Shown in pieces: positions 39,047 to 50,600 of a stretch of DNA of 64,000 bases. The notes beneath the pieces were generated by a model. That model made no database searches, was not told the DNA's origin, and worked only from the letters and a program-made list of their open reading frames with translations. A program made the translations under genes and the position numbers. The number at the start of each line of letters is the position of its first letter. Positions within the stretch are counted from its first letter, which is position 1. The stretch lies in the NCBI GenBank assembly GCA_964016885.1, contig OZ024759.1, positions 10,106,001 to 10,170,000 on the forward strand, in the 5' to 3' direction. This DNA comes from Eledone cirrhosa (Eukaryota).

Positions 39047-39830
39047 AATAATAATGAAATTATTGTGTAAAGTGTTCAGGTGCACTACAACTCGTCAATA
39101 TAGTACATAGAATAATACACAAATGCCAGGGAAGTACATGTTTGTATGTGTTAGCTGTAGTGTTGGCAGATCTCGGGAAGCATGGAGGCCTTAAAGGATG
39201 CAGTGTCTCGACAGCTAACAACTGATGCAGGTAGTTTGTTCCATGGAGGCCTTAAAGGATGCAGTGTCTCGACAGCTAACAACTGATGCAGGTAGTTTGT
39301 TCCATGGAGGCCTTAAAGGATGCAGTGTCTCGACAGCTAACAACTGATGCAGGTAGTTTGTTCCATGGAGGCCTTAAAGGATGCAGTGTCTCGACAGCTA
39401 ACAACTGATGCAGGTAGTTTGTTCCATGCTTCAGCAACTCTGAGCGTGAAAAAATGTTTCCGAAAGTCATGGGAACTGTGCTGTTTTCTGACTTTGTGGG
39501 CATGTCCACGTGTGTTAGACACATGGAAATCAAAAAGGTACTCAGGGTTGTTGTTGGCAACATGGTTAACAATTTTGTGGGTGTTTACCAAGTCAGTTGC
39601 CAGGCGTCGGAGCTTCAATGTATCCATGCCCAGGGAAGCAAGGCGCTCAGAGTATGGTAGATGCCTGATGGAGGGTATTCGCTTGGTTGCACGTCTCTGA
39701 ACAGTTTCCAGGCGGTCAATGTCCTGAGCAAGATAGGGGTTCCAGACTGGTGATGCAAATTCTAAGTGTGGTCGCACCATAGCTGTATACAGCCTTAAAT
39801 AGATAGCTGGAGAGCGGCTGACAAAGGTCT
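39047..39830 (-). mobile_element. CR1 LINE 3' fragment with an internal 61-bp segment repeated 4 times (39181-39427)
   Basis: TFVSRSPAIYLRLYTAMVRPHLEFASPVWNPY...FFTLRVAEAWNKLP; closely similar to 18914-19582. Confidence 0.9.
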
Positions 39831-41335
39831 CACATAATATCTCACATAACATTTACATTACTCTATATATACTATTGTATTGTCACAGTAAAGGCTTTAC
39901 CTCACATAATATCTCACATAACATTTACATTACTCTATATATACTATTGTATTTTCACAGTAAAGGCTTTACCTCACATAATATCTCACATAACATTTAC
40001 ATTACTCTATATATACTATTGTATTGTCACAGTAAAGGCTTTACCTCACATAATATCTCACATAACATTTACATTACTCTATATATACTATTGTATTGTC
40101 ACAGTAAAGGCTTTACCTCACATAATATCTCACATAACATTTACATTACTCTATATATACTATTGTATTTTCACAGTAAAGGCTTTACCTCACATAATAT
40201 CTCACATAACATTTACATTACTCTATATATACTATTGTATTTTCACAGTAAAGGTTTTACCTCACATAATATCTCACATAACATTTACATTACTCTATAT
40301 ATACTATTGTATTTTCACAGTAAAGGCTTTACCTCACATAATATCTCACATAACATTTACATTACTCTATATATACTATTGTATTGTCACAGTAAAGGCT
40401 TTACCTCACATAATATCTCACATAACATTTACATTACTCTATATATACTATTGTATTGTCACAGTAAAGGTTTTACCTCACATAATATCTCACATAACAT
40501 TTACATTACTCTATATATACTATTGTATTTTCACAGTAAAGGCTTTACCTCACATAATATCTCACATAACATTTACATTACTCTATATATACTATTGTAT
40601 TGTCACAGTAAAGGCTTTACCTCACATAATATCTCACATAACATTTACATTACTCTATATATACTATTGTATTGTCACAGTAAAGGCTTTACCTCACATA
40701 ATATCCCACATAACATTTACATTACTCTATATATACTATTGTATTGTCACAGTAAAGACTTTACCTCACATAATACCTCACATAACATTTACATTACTCT
40801 ATATATACTATTGTATTGTCACAGTAAAGGCTTTACCTCACATAATATCTCACATAACATTTACATTACTCTATATATACTATTGTATTGTCACAGTAAA
40901 GGCTTTATCTCACATAATATCTCACATAACATTTACATTACTCTATATATACTATTGTATTGTCACAGTAAAGGCTTTATCTCACATAATATCTCAAATA
41001 ACATTTACATTACTCTATATATACTATTGTATTGTCACAGTAAAGGCTTTATCTCACATAATATCTCACATAACATTTACATTACTCTATATATACTATT
41101 GTATTGTCACAGTAAAGGCTTTACCTCACATAATATCTCACATAACATTTACATTACTCTATATATACTATTGTATTTTCATATATATCGAATTGTATTT
41201 CACATAATATCGAATCAATGAGATTTTTATATTTTATATTTTGAGAACAATATCTTAATATAAGTATTAGCAGCCAGTTATGGCTGGTTACAGCCAGTTT
41301 GAACAGAAAGTGGTGACAGAATTCAGGCCAGAGCC
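39829..41335 (+). repeat. 72-bp MITE-borne array (about 19 units) plus MITE tail
   Basis: Same unit and tail as 9125-9766. Confidence 0.9.
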
Positions 41336-41424
41336 ATTAAAATTACAAAACTGCTCTATAGGAGGTTACTTTTTATTCCCCTATTTTTGTTATTTTTAAA
41401 TGTTTAAATTTGGTTTAGATTGAT

Positions 41425-42822
41425 TTTGTCATGACACCTACATGACCACTTTACAGTGTGGACTGGGTGCCTTTTGTTGTGACACCTACATAAACACTTT
41501 ACAGTGTGGGCTAGGTACTTTTTGTCATGACACCTATACAACCACTTTACAGTGTGGGCTAGGAACTTTTTGTCATGACACCTACACAACCACTTTACAG
41601 TATGGACTGGGCTTTTTGTCAGGACACCTACACAACCACTTTACAGTGTGTACTGGGTACTTTTTGTCATGACACCTATACAACCACTTTACAGTGTGGA
41701 CTGGGTACTTTTTGTCATGACACCTACACAACCACTTTACAGTGTGGACTGGGTACTTTTTGTCATGACACCTACACAACCACTTTACAGTGTGTACTGG
41801 GTACTTTTTGTCAGGACACCTACACAACCACTTTACAGTGTGGACTGGGTACTTTTTGTCATGACACCTACACAACCACTTTACAGTGTGGACTGGGTAC
41901 TTTTTGTCATGACACCTACACAACCACTTTACAGTGTGTACTGGGTACTTTTTGTCATGACACCTACACAACCACTTTACAGTGTGGGCTGGGTACTTTT
42001 TGTTATGACACCTACACAACCACTTTACAGTGTGGACTGGGTACTTTTTGTCATGACACCTACATAACCACTTTACAGTGTGGACTGGGTACTTTTTGTC
42101 ATGACACCTACACAACCACTCTACAGTGTGGACTGGGTACTTTTTGTCATGACACCTACACAACCACTTTACAGTGTGGACTGGGTACTTTTTGTCATGA
42201 CACCTACATAACCACTTTACAGTGTGTACTGGGTACTTTTTGTCATGACACCTACATAACCACTTTACAGTGTGGACTGGGTACTTTTTGTCATGACACC
42301 TACATAACCACTTTACAGTGTGGACTGGGTGCTTGTTGTCATGACACCTACTTGACCACTTTACAGTGTGTACTGGGTACTTTTTGTCAGGACACCTACA
42401 CAACCACTTTACAGTGTGTACTGGGTACTTTTTGTCATGACACCTACATAACCACTTTACAGTGTGGACTGGGTGCTTTTTGTCATGACACCTACTTGAC
42501 CACTTTACAGTGTGTACTGGGTACTTTTTGTCATGACACCTACATAACCACTTTACAGTGTGGACTGGGTGCTTGTTGTCATGACACCTACTTGACCACT
42601 TTACAGTATGGACTGGGTACTTTTTGTCAGGACACCTACACAACCACTTTACAGTGTGTACTGGGTACTTTTTGTCATGACACCTACACAACCACTTTAC
42701 AGTGTGTACTGGGTACTTTTTGTCATGACACCTACACAACCACTTTACAGTGTGTACTGGGTACTTTTTGTCATGACACCTACACAACCACTTTACAGTG
42801 TGGGCTGGGTACTTTTTGTTAT

Positions 42823-42825
<3 letters not shown>
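41425..42825 (-). repeat. SINE-B-derived 48-bp array (about 29 units) followed by (CA)n
   Basis: Unit GACACCTACACAACCACTTTACAGTGTGGACTGGGTACTTTTTGTCAT, a reverse-complement variant of the 35.7-38.8 kb unit. Confidence 0.9.
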
Positions 42826-42890
<65 letters not shown>

Positions 42891-43844
42891 AGTTTATCCC
42901 GGGTTCAATCGGGAGTTGACCACAGTAAGTAAGGTACTCAATACAAAGCAGAGTATAAATATTTAATATAGAAAAAGCTTCTACAGGGCTAGAACTGTTT
43001 CATTCGTGAGAAATCATCAGTCACCTTCCTGATGATTTCTCACGAATGAAACAGTTCTAGTCCTGTAGAAGCTTTTCTATATTAAATATATATATAACCC
43101 ATGCTAGCGTGGAAAATGGACATTAAACGAAGATGATAATGATGATGATGAATTCAAGGAAACATGAAACGAACAAACAAGAGGAAAAAGTAACATCAAG
43201 TGTATTAGTTTCACACTGGAATGAAGAAGAGTGAGCTACATAGTCAACATACCAGGCATTTGTTAGTCATCAGGAATAACATAAAAGGAAAATAATTGTT
43301 TCCACGTTAGGCACAAGGCCAGCAAATACCCAGTGCATTACTGGTACCTTATTTTATCGACCCCGTAAGGATGAAAGGCAAAGTCATAAAAGGAAAATAA
43401 TAAAGAAAATAAAGGTAAAGAATAAAAATTATAAAAAATAAATAAAAGGTTATAAATTAGTTAGAAAGAAAAATATAAAAATAGAAATATAGAGGAGGAG
43501 GGGGGGGGGTTGCACATTATGACCTGTTTGTTAGTGTATGGGTGTTAAGTGTGTTGTAGGTGGGAGTGTCTGGTCCTACCTATGTGTATGTGTATGATGG
43601 TATGTGTGTTTGGCAGAGGTGTATGGTCGCATGTGCTCTCATGTTGAAAAGTTCATAAGCTGACTATAAAGGAGTGATGTTAGAGCTAGGAAATTTTGCA
43701 TGCATTAATTTCAACTCTTCTTATTAATAACTGCATTGTTTCTTTCCAGGGACTATATTAAAAAATAAGCCTCATTTGGTCATTCCATGAGAGTATCTTG
43801 GTCAGCTTATGGACTTTTCAACCGATCCTCATATATAAACAATA

Positions 43845-44715
43845 AAAACAACCCAGTCTACTCTGTTAGATAGTCATACTAGTGATATAATAAAAACCAC
43901 CCAGTTAGATAGTCATACTGGTGATCTAACAAAAACCACCCAGTCTACTCTGTAAGGTGGTCATACTAGTGATATAACAAAAACCACCCAGTCTACCCTG
44001 TTAAATAGTCATACTGGTGATCTAACAAAAACCACCCAGTCTACCCTGTTAAATAGTCATACTAGTGATATAACAAAAACCACCCAGTCCACTCTGTAAG
44101 GTGGTCATACTAGTGATATAACAAAAACCACCCAGTCTACCCTGTTAAATAATCATACTAGTGATATAACAAAAACCACCCAGTCCACTCTGTAAGGTGG
44201 TCATACTAGTGATATAACAAAAACCACCCAGTCTACCCTGTTAAATAGTCATACTAGTGATATAACAAAAACCACCCAGTCCACTCTGTAAGGTGGTCAT
44301 ACTAGTGATATAATAAAAACCACCCAGTCCACTCTGTAAGGTGGTCATACTAGTGATATAATAAAAACCACCCAGTCTACCCTGTTAAATAGTCATACTA
44401 GTGATATAATAAAAACCACCCAGTCTACCCTGTTAAATAGTCATACTAGTGATATAACAAAAACCACCCAGTCCACTCTGTAAGGTGGTCATACTAGTGA
44501 TATAATAAAAACCACCCAGTCTACAACTGTTAGATGGTCATTTTAGCACTATGATAAAAAGCAGTCAGTCCAAACTGTAATGTGGTTGGTGCTAGGAAGG
44601 GCATCCAACTGATGCATATGAGCAAGATGTGGTCTTTGGACCTCGAGTTGTCTCATAACTCAACAAACGTCTAACCCATGCAAGCAGGGAAAAATGGACG
44701 TTAAACAATGATGAT
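43845..44715 (+). repeat. SINE-B with diverged about 49-bp unit array (about 14 units) and tail
   Basis: Unit AAAAACCACCCAGTC(C/T)AC(T/C)CTGT...GTCATACTAGTGATATAAC; tail ACCCATGCAAGCAGGGAAAAATGGACGTTAAAC. Confidence 0.8.
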
Positions 44716-45461
44716 AATATATATGTGTGACTGTGTAGTGCCAAAGATCTCGGTCCAATGTCACTGGACCGAGATCTTTGGTGCTACACAGTCATACAGC
44801 AGACCCGCCTTGCCTAAGTACAAAGCGAAACCTACAGTCAGTAGGCACCTCTAACAAAATACACCCCCGTCCCACTACCCCCACCCCATCCACACCACCC
44901 CCTTAAATGTGAAGTTATGTTGGAACCACAACATCCAGTCCTAAATAAATGAGGTCGTGTAGGTGTCACGACAAAAAAAAACACAGTCCACGCTGTAATG
45001 TGGCAGTGTAGGTAACACGGTAAAAACCTCCCAGTTCCATACTGTAAACGTGGTTGGTGTGAGGAAGGGCATCCAGCCGTAGAAAACCCGCCAGACAGTC
45101 CTATGCGAGCAAGTCAAGCAATCTTGCCTCAAGTGGGAAAACTCCCGTCCAAACCCATGCAAGCGTGGAAGATGGACGTTAAACGATGATGATGATGATG
45201 ATATATATGAGTGTGTGTGTAAAATGGTAGTGTTGGTGTCACTACAAAAAGTACACAGTTCACGTTGTAAGGCAGGAGTATGGGGCCCACAATAAAATAC
45301 TCCTCATATGTGTTATAAAGTGGTTGACATTAGCAAAGGTATCCAGCCACAGAAACCATGCTTAAAACAGAACGTATGAGTAAGATATCATCATATGACT
45401 GGTCGAGTCTCAGAATGTGACAACCAGTCTAACCCATGCAAACATGGACAATAGACATCAA

Positions 45462-47003
45462 ACCTTTAGCATTTGAATCGGCCTATCCAGTCAGAATTCT
45501 CTCACCTTTTTCTGATCAAACTGGCTGCAGCTGGCCACTCATACTGATTTATTAACTTAATTAATATCAAAATCTCACAAATTCAATATTATGAAAATAC
45601 AATAGTATATATAGAGTAATGTAAGTGTTATGTGAGATATTATGTGAGGTAAAGCCTTTACTGTGAAAATACAATAGTATATATAGCGTAATGTAAATGT
45701 TATGTGAGATATTATGTGAGGTAAAGCCTTTACTGTGACAATACAATAGTATATATAGCGTAATGTAAATGTCATGTGAGATATTATGTGAGGTAAAGCC
45801 TTTACTGTGACAATACAATAGTATATATAGAGTAATGTAAATGTTATGTGAGATATTATGTGAGGTAAAGCCTTTACTGTGAAAATACAATAGTATATAT
45901 AGCGTAATGTAAATGTTATGTGAGATATTATGTGAGGTAAAGCCTTTACTGTGACAATACAATAGTATATATAGCGTAATGTAAATGTCATGTGAGATAT
46001 TATGTGAGGTAAAGCCTTTACTGTGACAATACAATAGTATATATAGAGTAATGTAAATGTTATGTGAGATATTATGTGAGGTAAAGCCTTTACTGTGAAA
46101 ATACAATAGTATATATAGAGTAATGTAAATGTTATGTGAGATATTATGTGAGGTAAAGCCTTTACAGTGACAATACAATAGTATATATAGAGTAATGTAA
46201 ATGTTATGTGAGATATTATGTGAGGTAAAGCCTTTACTGTGAAAATACAATAGTATATATAGAGTTATGTAAATGTTATGTGAGATTTTATGTGAGGTAA
46301 AGCCTTTATTGTGAAAATACAATAGTATATATAGAGTAATGTAAATGTTATATGAGATATTATGTGAGGTAAAGCCTTTACTGTGAAAATACAATAGTAT
46401 ATATAGAGTTATGTAAATGTTATGTGAGATTTTATGTGAGGTAAAGCCTTTACTGTGAAAATACAATAGTTTATATAGAGTAATGTAAATGCTATGTGAG
46501 ATATTATGTGAGGTAAAGCCTTTACTGTGAAAATATAATAGTTTATATAGAGTAATGTAAATGTTATGTGAGATTTTATGTGAGGTAAAACCTTTACTGT
46601 GACAATACAATAGTATATATAGAGTAATGTAAATGTTATGTGAGATATTATGTGAGGTAAAGCCTTTACTGTGAAAATACAATAGTTTATATAGAGTAAT
46701 GTAAATGCTATGTGAGATATTATGTGAGGTAAAGCCTTTACTGTGAAAATATAATAGTTTATATAGAGTAATGTAAATGTTATGTGAGATATTATGTGAG
46801 GTAAAGCCTTTACTGTGACAATACAATAGTATATATAGAGTAATGTAAATGTTATGTGAGATATTATGTGAGGTAAAGCCTTTACTGTGAAAATACAATA
46901 GTATATATAGAGTTATGTAAATGTTATGTGAGATTTTATGTGAGGTAAAGCCTTTATTGTGAAAATACAATAGTATATATAGAGTAATGTAAATGCTAAA
47001 GGG
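45462..47003 (-). mobile_element. piggyBac-like MITE with 72-bp array (about 19 units)
   Basis: CCTTTAGCATTTGA at the left end, TAAATGCTAAAGGG|TTAA at the right end. Confidence 0.88.
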
Positions 47004-47373
47004 TTAAACGATGATGATGAAGAAAGTACTAGATAGGTGAAAAGAACAAATAGCATGCTACCAGAGGCTGCAGGTAATAAGCCCATGGTTCTTGCAAGAA
47101 CCAAGGAGTTCCAACAAAAACCTGAGTGGTGCTATTAAGTTAGACATGGCATGGGCCAATACTGCCCAAAAGTTATCAAAGTAAAAGAATAACAACAACA
47201 ACAACAACAACTGTTAAAAATGGATGTATTGCTCATTGTAATAAGTTTAGAAATATACATAATAAAGAAAAATGCAAAAAAAAACAACAAAATAAACAAG
47301 AAAACAAAAATGAAGAGAAAGCCATCCCCAACAAAACAACTCCTGCCCGACCCCCTTGTCCTTCTGTCTTAAC

Positions 47374-47606
47374 TCAGACTATTTTTAACGTGGAGTCAGT
47401 TTTGAAAATAGCAGCAGAGTCTGAAGAGGTTCGGTAAGTTGATAACTGGTTGTGATTGCTTCCTATTGAGATAGATTCCAGGTTGGCTTCATATGATGGG
47501 ATTGATGAAAGTGGTAAATGAGAAAAGTTAGAGTTTAATGCCGGGTAGCATTGCCGATAGCAGTTGTAAGCAACTAGCAAACCGAGAGCAGACCCAACCA
47601 TGACAT
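47374..47606 (-). CDS. PLPP5: PLPP5/4-like last coding exon (233 bp): (D)[21 protein letters not shown]...TLKIV*
   Basis: Acceptor tttctgtccatttcAG; completes the C3 Asp; last TM helix followed by YRQxYP; TGA stop at 47374-47376. Confidence 0.93.
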
Positions 47607-50600
47607 CTGAAATGGACAGAAAAAATATATATATTGAAGTAACTTTTAACATTTACATTACTCTATACATGCTATTGTGTTTACATTACTCTATACATGC
47701 TACTGTGTTTACATTACTCTATACATGCTATTGTGTTTACATTACTCTATATATGCTATTGTGTTTACATTACTCTATATATGCTATTGTGTTTACATTA
47801 CTCTATATATGCTATTGTGTTTACATTACTCTATACATGCTATTGTGTTTACATTACTCTATACATGCTATTGTGTTTACATTACTCTATATATGCTACT
47901 GTGTTTACATTACTCTATACATGCTATTGTGTTTACATTACTCTATACATGCTATTGTGTTTACATTACTCTATACATGCTATTGTGTTTACATTACTCT
48001 ATACATGCTATTGTGTTTACATTACTCTATACATGCTACTGTGTTTACATTACTCTATACATGCTATTGTGTTTACATTACTCTATACATGCTATTGTGT
48101 TTACATTACTCTATACATGCTATTGTGTTTACATTACTCTATACATGCTATTGTGTTTACATTACTCTATACATGTTATTGTGTTTACATTACTCTATAC
48201 ATGCTATTGTGTTTACATTACTCTATACATGCTATTGTGTTTACATTACTCTATACATGCTATTGTGTTTACATTACTCTATACATGTTATTGTGTTTAC
48301 ATTACTCTATACATGCTACTGTGTTTACTTTACTCTATACATGCTATTGTGTTTACATTACTCTATATATGCTATTGTGTTTACATTACTCTATACATGC
48401 TATTGTGTTTACATTACTCTATACATGCTATTGTGTTTACATTACTCTATACATGCTATTGTGTTTACATTACTCTATATATGCTATTGTGTTTACATTA
48501 CTCTATACATGTTATTGTATTTACATTACTCTATATATGCTATTGTGTTTACATTACTCTATACATGCTATTGTGTTTACATTACTCTATACATGCTATT
48601 GTGTTTACATTACTCTATACATGCTATTGTGTTTACATTACTCTATACATGCTATTGTGTTTACATTACTCTATACATGCTATTGTGTTTACATTACTCT
48701 ATACATGCTATTGTATTTACATTACTCTATACATGCTACTGTGTTTACATTACTCTATACATGCTATTGTGTTTACATTACTCTATATATGCTACTGTGT
48801 TTACATTACTCTATACATGCTATTGTATTTACATTACTCTATACATGCTATTGTATTTACATTACTCTATACATGCTATTGTGTTTACATTACTCTATAC
48901 ATGTTATTGTGTTTACATTACTCTATACATGTATTTACATTACTCTATATATGCTATTGTGTTTACATTACTCTATACATGTTATTGTGTTTACATTACT
49001 CTATACATGTATTTACATTACTCTATACATGCTATTGTGTTTACATTACTCTATACATGTTATTGTGTTTACATTACTCTATACATGTTATTGTGTTTAC
49101 ATTACTCTATACATGCTATTGTGTTTACATTACTCTATACATGCTATTGTATTTTCACAGTAAACATTTTATTTCACATAATATCGAATCAATGAGATTT
49201 TGACATTGTTTATGTTGAGAACAATACCTTAACATCAGTATGAGTGGCCAGTTATGGCCAGTTTGAACAGAAAGAGGTGAGAGAATTCTGGCCAGATATG
49301 GCCTCTTTAAATGCTAAAGGGTTAAATGCTTTTAAAATTACAAAACTGCTCGATAGAAGGTTACTTTTGATTATACTATTTTTGTTATTTTTAAATGTTT
49401 AAATTTGGTTTAAATTCTAAAGGGTTAAAGTCCTGTACCACACAAAACAACATTAGCAAGACAGTCTTAAAAAGTACAAAACAACACTATAACTGCATCA
49501 TGGTAAAAAATTAATGTCCTTATTCTAATACTTCAATTTTTTTTTACCATGTGTTCACTTGTAGAGACAGTATAAACATTTGAAATAACAAAACACCTTA
49601 TTAGCAAGACATTCTTGAAAAGTACAAAACAGCACTATAACAGCATCACATTATAAAATTATTGTCTGTATTCTAATACTGCAAATACTCACAAATATCA
49701 GAACACTAGTAAAGATACTATAAACATTTGAATTAACATCCTGTACCACATTTGGCAAGACATTCTTGAAAAGTACAAAACAGTACCACATTTCAAATTG
49801 AAGTCTTTTTTTCTAATAATTGTTTCTACTATTGGCACAAGGCCAGCAATTATCCCAGTACATTACTGGTACTTTATTTTATCAAGCCCCGTAATAATTG
49901 TTTCTACTATTGGCACAAGGCCAGCAATTACCCCAGTGCATTACTGGTGATTTATTTTATCAAGCCCCGTAATAATTGTTTCTACTTTTGGCACAAGGCC
50001 AGCAATTACCTCAGTGTATTACTGGTACTTTATTTTATCAAGCCCCGTAATAATTGTTTCTACTATTGGCACAAGGCCAGCAATTACCCCAGTACATTAC
50101 TGGTACTTTATTTTATCAAGCCCCGTAATAATTGTTTCTACTATTGGCACAAGGCCAGCAATTACCCCAGTACATTACTGGTACTTTATTTTATCAAGCC
50201 CCGTAATAATTGTTTCTACTATTGGCACAAGGCCAGCAATTACCCCAGTACATTACTGGTACTTTATTTTATCAAGCCCCGTAATAATTGTTTCTACTAT
50301 TGGCACAAGGCCAGCAATTACCCCAGTGCATTACTGGTGATTTATTTTATCAAGCCCCGTAATAATTGTTTCTACTTTTGGCACAAGGCCAGCAATTACC
50401 TCAGTGTATTACTGGTACTTTATTTTATCAAGCCCCGTAATAATTGTTTCTACTATTGGCACAAGGCCAGCAATTACCCCCAGTGCATTACTGGTGATTT
50501 ATTTTATCAAGCGCCGTAATAATTGTTTCTACTTTTGGCACAAGGCCAGCAATTACCCCAGTGTATTACTGGTACTTTATTTTATCAAGCCCCGTAATAA

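Noticed and set aside
35621-42919. Cys/Thr-rich repeat proteins (CDTYTTTLQSGLGAFS and similar) and YCHSKGFTSHNISHNIY ORFs
   Set aside because: Translations of SINE- and MITE-derived arrays, present in both orientations across the window.
47600-49203. ORFs of about 500 aa in all three plus-strand frames
   Set aside because: A 28-bp repeat cycling through frames; non-coding MITE array.
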